This document shows, one piece after another, positions 29,668 through 39,055 of a stretch of DNA of 64,000 nt. The notes under the pieces are model-generated. The model worked only from the letters and a program-made list of their open reading frames with translations. It was not told where the DNA came from and did no database searches. The position numbers and the translations under genes are program-made. Each line of letters starts with the position of its first letter. Position 1 is the first letter of the stretch. Source of the stretch: Bacillota bacterium (lineage in GTDB: Bacteria; Bacillota; Dethiobacteria; DTU022); the NCBI GenBank assembly GCA_019428945.1, contig JAHYJM010000004.1, positions 2,294 through 66,293 of the forward strand, read 5' to 3'.

Positions 29668-31053
29668 ATGGTTCATAATGACTATGACGTTGTTATAGTC
29701 GGTGCCGGTCCTGCCGGTATATTTGCAGCCCTTGAATTTGCAGCGCACAATAGAACAAGGGTGCTCATGATTGACAAAGGCGCTCCGCTTGAGAAGCGAA
29801 ATTGCAAAACTCAGCGAGAGTACGGCAGATGTCTGCGTTGCGAACCCTGCGCGGTAACCTGCGGTTGGGGTGGAGCCGGGGCATTCAGTGACGGTAAGCT
29901 TACTCTCTCCCCTGATTTTGGCGGGAATCTAAGCGAATTTATTAACCAGTCTACTATCGAAGAATTAATAGAAGAGGTGGACCGGGTTTATTTATCTTAT
30001 GGCGCTTCAGAAAAAGTATACGGTACTGATTCTGAAGCGATCAAAGATATGGCGCGAAGCGCTGCAGCGGCAGGGTTAAATCTGATCCCGGCAAGGATTA
30101 GACATCTGGGAACAGAAAATTGTTACCTGGTTCTTGAAAAAATGTATGAAGCGCTGAAGAACTCCGTTGAGATTAGAATGAACACTACAGTAGAAGAAAT
30201 ATTATCAACTGACGGAACAGTCAAGGGAGTTAAGCTTGCGAATGATGAAACTATCTCGGCAAAGTATGTTATCTGTTGTCCCGGTCGCATAGGAGCTGAC
30301 TGGATGAACCGTGAGTCTAATCGCCTGGGCTTAAAAGGTTCCAATAACCCGGTTGATATTGGGGTAAGAGTTGAAGTGCCGGCAGTTATCATGGAGAAGC
30401 TTACTGATAAAATATATGAATCGAAACTTGTCTATTTTACCAGCCACTTCGATGACCGTATTCGAACTTTTTGCATGAATCCGTACGGTGTAGTTGTTAC
30501 AGAAAATAATGAAGGTCTCATCACTGTAAACGGGCACAGTTTTGCTGAATCAAGAACTGGAAATACAAATTTTGCTCTCTTAGTGAGCAAATCGTTTACA
30601 GAACCTTTTAATGAGCCAATCCGCTATGGCCGCTATATTGCCAGCCTCGCTAATATGCTGGGTGATGGTGTTATAGTGCAAAGGCTTGGTGATCTTCTGA
30701 TGGGGCGCCGTTCTACGCCGGAACGTATTCACCGGGGGCTCGTCAGGCCTACTCTAAAGGAGGCAACACCTGGTGATTTAAGCCTGGTACTGCCTTACAG
30801 GTACCTGTTGGCAATTATAGAGATGCTTGAAGCTCTCGACAAGCTTGCTCCGGGGATAAATTCAAGACATACTTTGCTGTACGGTGTGGAGGTCAAATTT
30901 TATTCATACCGTCTCGCTTTAGACAGTAAGCTTGAAACAGGCATCAACAATTTATTTGCCATTGGAGACGGTGCCGGTGTTACCAGGGGTTTAATTCAGG
31001 CTTCGGCAACTGGTATGATCGCAGCCCGCGAGATTAAATCGCGTTTGCCCTAG
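29668..31053 (+). CDS. Uncharacterised NAD(P)/FAD-dependent oxidoreductase (COG2509-like)
   Basis: VGAGPAG, GWGGAGAFSDGKL, VDIGVRVE, RTFCMNPYG, GDGAGVTRG. Confidence 0.85.
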   Translation: MVHNDYDVVIVGAGPAGIFAALEFAAHNRTRVLMIDKGAPLEKRNCKTQREYGRCLRCEPCAVTCGWGGAGAFSDGKLTLSPDFGGNLSEFINQSTIEELIEEVDRVYLSYGASEKVYGTDSEAIKDMARSAAAAGLNLIPARIRHLGTENCYLVLEKMYEALKNSVEIRMNTTVEEILSTDGTVKGVKLANDETISAKYVICCPGRIGADWMNRESNRLGLKGSNNPVDIGVRVEVPAVIMEKLTDKIYESKLVYFTSHFDDRIRTFCMNPYGVVVTENNEGLITVNGHSFAESRTGNTNFALLVSKSFTEPFNEPIRYGRYIASLANMLGDGVIVQRLGDLLMGRRSTPERIHRGLVRPTLKEATPGDLSLVLPYRYLLAIIEMLEALDKLAPGINSRHTLLYGVEVKFYSYRLALDSKLETGINNLFAIGDGAGVTRGLIQASATGMIAAREIKSRLP

Positions 31054-31073
31054 TTGACCATAAATGATATAAT
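31045..31073 (+). promoter_or_regulatory. sigmaA promoter upstream of the M23/G5 gene
   Basis: TTGCCC-17-TATAAT with extended TG. Confidence 0.6.
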
Positions 31074-31278
31074 ACCGTTGTTAACGGATAGCTTAACCAG
31101 CAATGCCGTTTTTTTGTTCATGATTAGATCAACAACTTATCAACTTTTTGCGCCAGGCAAAGAATCGGTCATTACTGACAGATCTTAGATAGATTATAAT
31201 TATATAAAGATTGCCAGACGGCGTGCCAGATAGAGTGAGGATCAACCGGCATCTTGCATTGCAGAAAGGATTTATATT

Positions 31279-32754
31279 ATGAAATCAAGGTCTGTCCAAA
31301 CTGTACCTGCTGGCAAGCGACCCAAGATAAAAAAACCTAACTGTTTCAAGCTCTCACTGTTAGCAGTAAAAGCATGGCTAAAATCATTGGATATACAAGG
31401 GTTGCACTTTGCTGTAGCTGCTTCCGCTGTAGTTATTATCTTATTAGGACTTCACAACCATTTAAGCAACTATGTCTATGTTGTATTTTTTAACAACCAG
31501 GAAGTCGGGACTGTAGAAGAAGCAAAAGATGTAGAAAATTTTATTAGTGAATTAACAGACAGATGCGGCGAATTCTATGGCATGAATGTGAAGCCCGGTG
31601 AAGAGATACTTCTGGTAAAGGAATTCAGACCTGACAGCAAACCAGCTCGGGATACCGTTGAATCAGTTATCCGGCAGCGGATGACATTTCTCACCGACGC
31701 ATATATGCTTACTGCCAATGGCATGCCTCTTGTTGCTGTACATGATGAAAGTGATCTTGAAGAAATAATTCAGGGATTAAAAGCCAGTTACAGTCGCAAT
31801 AGCAGCTATGTAACCAACATAAGTACTATTGTCACAGATAATCTTGCTCTGGAGCCCTGCATTGTTTCACCGGAGATTGTATATACCGCCGGGGATGTTG
31901 TTGCCATGATTGTTGAGAGCGAGCATACTCCGGTTTCACAGACCGCTTATATTTCTGAAACTATAAGCAGGGGAAGCCTTGAAAGCAGACAATCTTTTAG
32001 TTCAGCGCAGCAATCAGATTCGCTCATCCTTGCTTTTCTCTCTCCTGTAGAACAGGCTATGCAAGTTGAAAAGCCTCCTTTAAGCGGAGACAGCATTCAT
32101 GTAAGAACTCTTGAAGAGTTGGTAATTTTTGAAACTATACCCTTTGACACCGAAATTGTGGAAGATGAAGATATGTGGATTGTGCAAAAGGAAATTCTTG
32201 TTGAGGGAGAAGAGGGTGAAAAAGAGGTTGTTTTCCATGTTACCAGGGAGAATGGTCTGGAGATTGACAGAATCAAAGTTGATGAAAAGATACTTAGTGA
32301 ACCGGTAACCCGGGTTGAAGCCTGGGGGACCGCACAGGTACCTTCAATCGGCACCGGTCAGTTTATTTGGCCTGTTGATGGTGGTGGTGGCGTAACTCCC
32401 GGCAGAGGCTTTAGCACCTGGCATACAGGCATTGACATTCACACTGCAACCGGTACTGACATCCTGGCAGCTGATAGTGGTATAGTCTGGTTTTCCGGTT
32501 TCGGAGGAACCCAGGGTAATTATATTATTCTTTATCACGGTTCATTCTGGACGCTATATCTCCATAACAGCGTGAATTTTGTTATCGAAGGACAGGTAGT
32601 TGAGCAAGGTGACATTATTGCCAAGGCTGGATCAACAGGACGTTCTACAGGCCCACACCTGCACTTTGAAGTTCGGCTTGATGACAGTTCCGGAGAGTGG
32701 CATACTTATTATCAACATAAACCAATAGATCCACTACAGTTTTTTGAGCCATAG
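31279..32754 (+). CDS. M23 peptidase with G5 domain and N-terminal membrane anchor
   Basis: G5: IPFDTEIVEDEDM...EGEEGEKEV...EPVTRVEAWGT; M23: FIWP, HTGID, STGPHLHFE. Confidence 0.88.
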   Translation: MKSRSVQTVPAGKRPKIKKPNCFKLSLLAVKAWLKSLDIQGLHFAVAASAVVIILLGLHNHLSNYVYVVFFNNQEVGTVEEAKDVENFISELTDRCGEFYGMNVKPGEEILLVKEFRPDSKPARDTVESVIRQRMTFLTDAYMLTANGMPLVAVHDESDLEEIIQGLKASYSRNSSYVTNISTIVTDNLALEPCIVSPEIVYTAGDVVAMIVESEHTPVSQTAYISETISRGSLESRQSFSSAQQSDSLILAFLSPVEQAMQVEKPPLSGDSIHVRTLEELVIFETIPFDTEIVEDEDMWIVQKEILVEGEEGEKEVVFHVTRENGLEIDRIKVDEKILSEPVTRVEAWGTAQVPSIGTGQFIWPVDGGGGVTPGRGFSTWHTGIDIHTATGTDILAADSGIVWFSGFGGTQGNYIILYHGSFWTLYLHNSVNFVIEGQVVEQGDIIAKAGSTGRSTGPHLHFEVRLDDSSGEWHTYYQHKPIDPLQFFEP

Positions 32755-32770
32755 AATTCTGCATAGTACC

Positions 32771-32804
32771 AAAGCCCTTCTCCATAAAAGGGGGAGGGTT
32801 TTTT
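32771..32804 (+). terminator. Terminator between the M23/G5 gene and walR
   Basis: AAAGCCCTTCTCC...GGGGGAGGGTTTT. Confidence 0.7.
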
Positions 32805-32913
32805 AGATTTGATGACTTTTAAGGGCGTAAAACCGCTCTTCTTTTTGTGCAGGTATTCCCGGCACGAAAAGAGAATTTTTATGATCAAAACCTGCAATGG
32901 AGACGTGCTGCTA

Positions 32914-33615
32914 ATGGAAACAATACTAGTGGTTGATGATGAAAGGCCGATTGTTGAAATATTAAAGTATAATCTTGAAAAAGAAGGATACAGGGTGATA
33001 ACAGCCTTTGACGGTGATCAAGCGCTGCAGATGATTGAAAGAGAAAATCCCGATTTAATTCTGCTCGATATTATGCTTCCTGTTAAAGATGGATTTACCG
33101 TATGCAGAGAGATCAGGGCTAATAAAGATATTCCAATTATTATGCTTACCGCAAAAGAAATGGAAGTTGATAAAGTGCTTGGCCTCGAACTGGGTGCAGA
33201 TGATTACGTAACAAAACCATTTAGTGCCCGTGAGGTAGTGGCGAGGGTAAAGGCAATTTTGCGCAGAGGGAGAACACGGGAAGCTTCTGGTGAAAGCAGG
33301 AAAGAAAGACTGACTGTCGGAACGATCACGGTAGACCGTGATGAAGTACAGGTTTATAATCAAGGCATACCGGTAGAGCTGACATTGCGGGAATATAATC
33401 TGCTTGTTTCTCTGATGCTCAAACCAGGCTATGTTTTCAGCAGGGATCAATTATTGAATCAGGTATGGGGTTATGATTACATAGGCGACGAGCGGACAGT
33501 AGATGTCACCGTACGCCGCCTGCGCGAAAAGTTGGAAATAGATCCGGCAAAGCCTGACTATATACATACAAAGAGGGGTGTCGGCTATTATTTCAGGCGG
33601 AGGAAGAATATTTAA
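32914..33615 (+). CDS. walR: Response regulator WalR/YycF
   Basis: ILVVDDE, LLDIMLP, MLTAK, GADDYVTKPF, VDVTVRRLREKLE; ATG 32914 after GGAG. Confidence 0.92.
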   Translation: METILVVDDERPIVEILKYNLEKEGYRVITAFDGDQALQMIERENPDLILLDIMLPVKDGFTVCREIRANKDIPIIMLTAKEMEVDKVLGLELGADDYVTKPFSAREVVARVKAILRRGRTREASGESRKERLTVGTITVDRDEVQVYNQGIPVELTLREYNLLVSLMLKPGYVFSRDQLLNQVWGYDYIGDERTVDVTVRRLREKLEIDPAKPDYIHTKRGVGYYFRRRKNI

Positions 33616-35398
33616 CAGTCTTCAGTGGAAGATTATCTTTATTTATCTGATGCTGATTCTATTTTCCCTGCAGCTGATAAGTGTATATCTGGTCCAATCA
33701 CTTGAGCAGTATTACCTGCGTAATTATAAAGAGGGTCTCGAAAACCAGGCCAGGCTTCTTTCTGTATTTATGGAACCGGGCTTTGGAGAAGGGCAGGGAT
33801 GGGCGGAAGACACAGTCAGGCTGGCCAGGGAATTCAGAGATTTGCACGATATGGAGATAATCATTCTTGATAACTATGCCCACATTATCGGATCTTCCGG
33901 CAGCCAGGCTCTGATCGGGCGCCGCCTTATTCGTGAGGAAATAACCCGTGCTCTTGCCGGCCATCTAAGCGATAATATGCGGTATGATCCAATCAACCTT
34001 GAAAGGCGTTATTATCTAGCTTTCCCGGTTCAAAATGATCAAAATATTTTAGGAGTTATCTATCTGAGCGGCTCGCTTAAATCGGTTGATGATACATTAA
34101 ATGAAGTCAAGACTATATTGCTAACAGGTGTTGGTCTGGCGCTTGCTGTAAGTTTTTTACTTGGTGTCGTTTTGACAAAAACGATTACTTCACCGATAAA
34201 AGAAGTCACTGATCAGGCTTTAAATATGGCCGGTGGTGATTTTAACCGGAAAATTGAGGTTAAAACAGCTGATGAGATTGGCCGCCTAGGTGAAACATTT
34301 AATTATCTTGCGGAACAGCTAAGCTATACAATTAATGAAATGTCTTCTGAAAAAAGTAAGGTAGAAGCTATTATCAATAATATGAGTGACGGTATAGTTG
34401 CTCTTGATGGTAAAGGCCGGATAATTCAGATTAACCCTTCAGCGAGAGGTCTGATCAAAAATCTCGGACTGAAGGTGCCTACGCTTGGACGGTCAGGTTT
34501 TAACCTGCTTCGCAGTTTGATCGGAGCCGACACTATGCGCCAGTTTGTGCGCCATCAGCACCCCCTGACAGCTGAAATATCAAGCAGTTCTCCTGATTGC
34601 ACTATGCAGGTTAAGATTGCGCCTTTTAAAGTTGGCAAAGGAAAACTGGATGGCACCCTGATAGTTCTCCATGACATTACAAGAGAAAGGGAGTTGAAGC
34701 GGCGTCAGGAAGAATTTGTGGCTGATGTGTCACATGAATTAAGAACGCCATTGGCTACCGTGAAGAGTTACGTAGAAACGCTGCTTGACGGTGCAGCTGA
34801 GGAGCCGGATACCAGGAACCGCTTTTTAAAGGTGCTTTCCAGGGAGACAGATCGTATGGTTAGTATGGTTAAAGATCTTTTGGTCTTATCCCAAATGGAT
34901 GCCAGCCAGGTTTACTGGCAGAATTCCGAGGTAAATTTAAGAGACTTAGTTCTTGAAGCAGCGGATCAACTCAGGCAAAAGCTGGGTGTCAGGTATCCAC
35001 GCGTTGAAGTAAATATTCCTCAGAAACTTAGAGTATATGTTGATCGAGATAAGGTAATAAGGGTATTTTCCAATCTTCTTAATAATGCTGTGCGATATAC
35101 TGAATCTGATGGTGAAATCACTGTGAATGCTGTAAAAGAAGATGATTTTGTTAAGGTGTATATAAGCGATACCGGTCATGGTATTCCTGCAGATGAACTC
35201 CCACGTGTTTTCGAAAGGTTCTACAGGGTTGAAAAAACCCGCAGCAGGGACTATGGCGGTACAGGTTTAGGATTGTCGATAGCCAGAAAAGTAGTTGAAG
35301 GCCATGGAGGATCAATCAGCATCGATAGTGTTGTTGGTTCCGGTACGAGGGTTTCGTTCACCCTTCCGGCAGTAAATCCAGGGGGCAATGATTTATGA
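33578..35398 (+). CDS. walK: Sensor kinase WalK/YycG (probable start ATA 33608)
   Basis: Two TM segments, HAMP, PAS, SHELRTPL, RSRDYGGTGLGLSIA. Confidence 0.92.
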   Translation: MSAIISGGGRIFNSLQWKIIFIYLMLILFSLQLISVYLVQSLEQYYLRNYKEGLENQARLLSVFMEPGFGEGQGWAEDTVRLAREFRDLHDMEIIILDNYAHIIGSSGSQALIGRRLIREEITRALAGHLSDNMRYDPINLERRYYLAFPVQNDQNILGVIYLSGSLKSVDDTLNEVKTILLTGVGLALAVSFLLGVVLTKTITSPIKEVTDQALNMAGGDFNRKIEVKTADEIGRLGETFNYLAEQLSYTINEMSSEKSKVEAIINNMSDGIVALDGKGRIIQINPSARGLIKNLGLKVPTLGRSGFNLLRSLIGADTMRQFVRHQHPLTAEISSSSPDCTMQVKIAPFKVGKGKLDGTLIVLHDITRERELKRRQEEFVADVSHELRTPLATVKSYVETLLDGAAEEPDTRNRFLKVLSRETDRMVSMVKDLLVLSQMDASQVYWQNSEVNLRDLVLEAADQLRQKLGVRYPRVEVNIPQKLRVYVDRDKVIRVFSNLLNNAVRYTESDGEITVNAVKEDDFVKVYISDTGHGIPADELPRVFERFYRVEKTRSRDYGGTGLGLSIARKVVEGHGGSISIDSVVGSGTRVSFTLPAVNPGGNDL

Positions 35399-36741
35399 TT
35401 GAAAAAATAAAAAGCTTGATTTTAATTATTCTTGTCATCTTGAGCTTATTTCTGACATACCAGCTTTGGTATGGTCAACAGCCTGCTGAGCTTGTCGCTG
35501 AGGATGTTTATGAACGGATAGTAGTAGAAAGACCCCAGCCAATTGAGGAAGTGTTTAATCCTGCTTTTATGACTATTCCGGTTGAAAACGGTTATTATGT
35601 ACTGAATGATCATGAACGGGAATTTATTGATGTATGGGCTTTCATCAGCAAATCTCTGCAGATGCCTGCAGATGAATTATTGATTGAATCAAGTATGATT
35701 ACAGGGGAGGAAGGCAGGCTGCTAACGTTATATTTCGAACCTGGTTTGCCAACCGGTCCTCAGATGCCCTGGTTAAAAGAGTATCCGGAGAAAATTGTTC
35801 AAGAAATTAAAATCATTACTAAAAATAACGGTTTGTGGTTAATTGCCGGGGACATAGATGATGATTTGATTTATATAGAGAGCATCAGAGATGAAAAAAT
35901 GGAACGCCTATTCACCAGCCTGCAAAGCATATACGAAAGCGAGAGGGATCTTTATTTTCTTCTCAGTGAAGATATGTTTGTAAGTGCAAACGATCGGGAA
36001 CTGATTCTTCCAAAGCCGGTATTCCTGCCCATAGACCCTGTCTCTATGGATAGAATACTGCTTGCAAATGAAGTTATCGACAGAGATCTTGTGCTTAAAA
36101 CATTTTTTGTAGACTACAATTTAGCCAGGGTAATTGAAGAAAAAGATGGCGGGCTGATCTACACTGACGGTGAGAAAGGGTTACGGCTTACACCAGTAAG
36201 TCTGGAATATTCTAATCCCCGACTGGAAGACAGCAGCGCTACACTTAGTTATGCCGATGCGCTTAATAACAGCAATAACCTGATCAGCTATCATGGTGGT
36301 TGGCCTGATGGGTTAAGATTGGAGTCACTTGAAAAAAGTGGTTGGGGAGACGCGCTTTCATTCAAGGCCCAGTGGAGAATATATAACAACGGCTACCGTC
36401 TTTATACGGCTATACCGACAAAAATAATTTTCAACGATCGCGGATTGGTTCACTATTCACGGTCGTTATATACCGCACAAGAATTATACTTAGCCGGTAA
36501 TGAAGCTTACACAACAGCAGTGTGGCGCGACGCTCTGGAAGCAGCCGTTAAGCTTTATGAAGCAGAGTTGTCCGGTCCTGGTGCGGCGATACGTTTGGAA
36601 GCGATGCATTTAGCTTATGCTGTTCTTCTTACCGGAAATGATTATTATGGAGAACCAATCTGGTATATTCAGTTAAACGGAGAAAGGTATTTACTTAAGG
36701 CAGATACCCTGACGCAGATACGTGAGGAGGTTTTGCAGTGA
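35395..36741 (+). CDS. walH: WalH/YycH regulatory protein
   Basis: MIEKIKSLILIILVILSLFLTYQLW; position after walK. Confidence 0.8.
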   Translation: MIEKIKSLILIILVILSLFLTYQLWYGQQPAELVAEDVYERIVVERPQPIEEVFNPAFMTIPVENGYYVLNDHEREFIDVWAFISKSLQMPADELLIESSMITGEEGRLLTLYFEPGLPTGPQMPWLKEYPEKIVQEIKIITKNNGLWLIAGDIDDDLIYIESIRDEKMERLFTSLQSIYESERDLYFLLSEDMFVSANDRELILPKPVFLPIDPVSMDRILLANEVIDRDLVLKTFFVDYNLARVIEEKDGGLIYTDGEKGLRLTPVSLEYSNPRLEDSSATLSYADALNNSNNLISYHGGWPDGLRLESLEKSGWGDALSFKAQWRIYNNGYRLYTAIPTKIIFNDRGLVHYSRSLYTAQELYLAGNEAYTTAVWRDALEAAVKLYEAELSGPGAAIRLEAMHLAYAVLLTGNDYYGEPIWYIQLNGERYLLKADTLTQIREEVLQ

Positions 36742-37625
36742 ACCTCGAACGAGCTAAGTTCATACTCATTATTGCTTTCGCCTGCTTAAATCTTTTCCTT
36801 GGTTATCACCTTTTCTGGCCTGATTTTGGCAGATTAACCCAGGTGGCAGTATCTGCAGAAGATTTACGCCAATTGGATCTATTGTTAAATCAGAACAATT
36901 ATTATCTAGAGAACTCTATTGACAGGTCGGTCCAGACAGGGATATTTATGACAGTATCAACATCCCTTGAATTTAGAAGACAGGTTCTGCTAAAATTTTT
37001 ACAGGAAGGTGCCCAGTTTAGCAACACAGAAGATGGAACATACTACCGAAAAGATGATAAAACGGCGATAATACAATCAACAGGGTTAATCACGGTTATT
37101 TATACTCCACCGATTGAAACGGATGAAAATCTTGCTGAATTAGAGCAGCGTGAGCTGAGAAGCTATATTGAACATTTTCTCCGAGAACAACATTTAATGC
37201 CTGAAGGTGCCGTATTTGATTACCTGGAGGCTACAGAAACAGGAGAAGTTATATTACGGTATTATCAGGCAGTTGATGACTGTCCTGTTTTTGCCGGTCA
37301 CCTGAGAGTCACTACCGAAGAAGCGAGCATTAAATCAGTTGAAATATACTGGTTAAATCCTATCGAGAGTGAGCCCTCCAGGGAAATGGAAGTAATAACG
37401 GCCGCTGCTGCTTTGGCTAATTTTGTCAGAGATATGGGGCCAAGCACAGAACCTCAATTTATTACCGATGTTTCGCTCGGTTATTTCAGTGGTGAATATG
37501 ATGCTGAAAAATGGGAGATTCCACCTGTTTGGAGGATACTTTTGCAAGAAGGTCAAATATATTATATAAATGCTTTTACAGGCAATATTGAACAGGAAAG
37601 CGTTATTCCTGAACAGTTGCCTTAA
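36738..37625 (+). CDS. walI: WalI/YycI regulatory protein
   Basis: MNLERAKFILIIAFACLNLFL; C-terminal PVWRI...INAFTG. Confidence 0.8.
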   Translation: MNLERAKFILIIAFACLNLFLGYHLFWPDFGRLTQVAVSAEDLRQLDLLLNQNNYYLENSIDRSVQTGIFMTVSTSLEFRRQVLLKFLQEGAQFSNTEDGTYYRKDDKTAIIQSTGLITVIYTPPIETDENLAELEQRELRSYIEHFLREQHLMPEGAVFDYLEATETGEVILRYYQAVDDCPVFAGHLRVTTEEASIKSVEIYWLNPIESEPSREMEVITAAAALANFVRDMGPSTEPQFITDVSLGYFSGEYDAEKWEIPPVWRILLQEGQIYYINAFTGNIEQESVIPEQLP

Positions 37626-37680
37626 ATATCATTAAGCAAACACCGACAGAATAAGTGTCGGTACTTGGCAGGAGGTTGTC

Positions 37681-38970
37681 ATGGAAAAATTTATCATCAA
37701 AGGGAAAACAGCTCTGCAGGGCAGTGTCAGAATAAGCGGATCTAAAAACTCTGCTGTAGCATTACTACCTGCATCTGTATTGACTGATAGTACGGTACAT
37801 ATTGAAAACCTGCCAGATATTACCGATGTGCGGACCATGATTTCTATTCTTGAAGATCTTGGTGTGAAAATAAGAAGACGTGGTCGGAATGCAGTAGAAC
37901 TTACGCCAGGAAGCTTGTCTAAAATTGCCCCTTCTTATGATCTTGTAAAGAAAATGAGAGCTTCATATTATTTTATGGGCAGCTTGCTTGCACGCTTTGG
38001 CAAAGCAGAAGTTCCTATACCCGGTGGTTGTGATCTTGGTCCCAGACCGATAGATCAACACCTTAAGGGTTTCGCTGCGCTTGGTGCAAAAAGCAGTATT
38101 GAACATGGAATGATTAAGTTAATCTCAGAAAAACTTGTAGGTGCGCGAATTTACTTTGATGTTGTCAGTATCGGCGCAACTGTTAACCTAATGCTTGCTG
38201 CAGCTGCTGCAGAAGGTAGGACAGTTCTGGAAAATGTTGCCAAGGAACCTGAAATTGTGGATCTTGCAAACTTTCTCAATGCAATGGGGGCATCTATCAG
38301 AGGCGCCGGTACAGATGTAATTAGGATCGATGGTACCAATAAGTTTTCCGGGGCAAGACACACGGTAATACCGGACAGGATAGAAGCCGGAACGTTTATG
38401 CTTGCTGCAGCGGCAACAAGGGGTAGTGTGGTGGTGGATGATGTGATCCCAAAACACCTTGAAGCAATTACTGCAAAGCTGAGAGAAGTTGGCGCTATCG
38501 TTGAAGTAGAACCGGAAACTATAAAGGTGACAGGCGTGGCAAATCTGAAACCTTCAGATCTTAAAACCTTTCCCTATCCCGGCTTTCCGACTGATCTGCA
38601 GCCACCGGGAATGGTTTTACTGACCGCGGCTAAAGGTTTGAGTGTAGTAACCGAAAATGTTTTTGACGGCCGCTATAATCATGTTGATGATCTTAAAAGG
38701 ATGGGCGCTCACATAAAAGTTGAAGGCCGAACTGCTTTGATTGAAGGCGGGAACAGTTTATCTGGAGCTCCCGTTTCAGCTCCTGATCTCAGGTCAGGAG
38801 CAGCATTGATCATAGCAGCGATCATGGCTGAAGGGGTCAGTGAAATCTGTGCGATTGAACATGTTGATCGCGGATACGACAGATTTGAAGAAAAACTTAT
38901 AAAACTTGGGGCATCGATTAAAAGGGCAAAAGTTACTGAACTTGATTGTTCAACTGGTAATACAGAATAA
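37681..38970 (+). CDS. murAB: UDP-N-acetylglucosamine 1-carboxyvinyltransferase, MurAB/MurZ-type paralogue
   Basis: GSKNSA, MRASYY, GGCDLGPRPID, YPGFPTDLQ, DLRSGA. Confidence 0.92.
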   Translation: MEKFIIKGKTALQGSVRISGSKNSAVALLPASVLTDSTVHIENLPDITDVRTMISILEDLGVKIRRRGRNAVELTPGSLSKIAPSYDLVKKMRASYYFMGSLLARFGKAEVPIPGGCDLGPRPIDQHLKGFAALGAKSSIEHGMIKLISEKLVGARIYFDVVSIGATVNLMLAAAAAEGRTVLENVAKEPEIVDLANFLNAMGASIRGAGTDVIRIDGTNKFSGARHTVIPDRIEAGTFMLAAAATRGSVVVDDVIPKHLEAITAKLREVGAIVEVEPETIKVTGVANLKPSDLKTFPYPGFPTDLQPPGMVLLTAAKGLSVVTENVFDGRYNHVDDLKRMGAHIKVEGRTALIEGGNSLSGAPVSAPDLRSGAALIIAAIMAEGVSEICAIEHVDRGYDRFEEKLIKLGASIKRAKVTELDCSTGNTE

Positions 38971-39055
38971 ACTACCTGGAGTATTTATATAAATTAACAG
39001 GTTCTTTACGTTACAAGCTGTTTGCGATAGACTTGATATGAGGAGGTGTTACTCC

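Noticed and set aside
31212-31230. sigma54-like TGGCACG on the minus strand
   Set aside because: The -12 element reads CTGG rather than TTGC, and it points away from the downstream gene.
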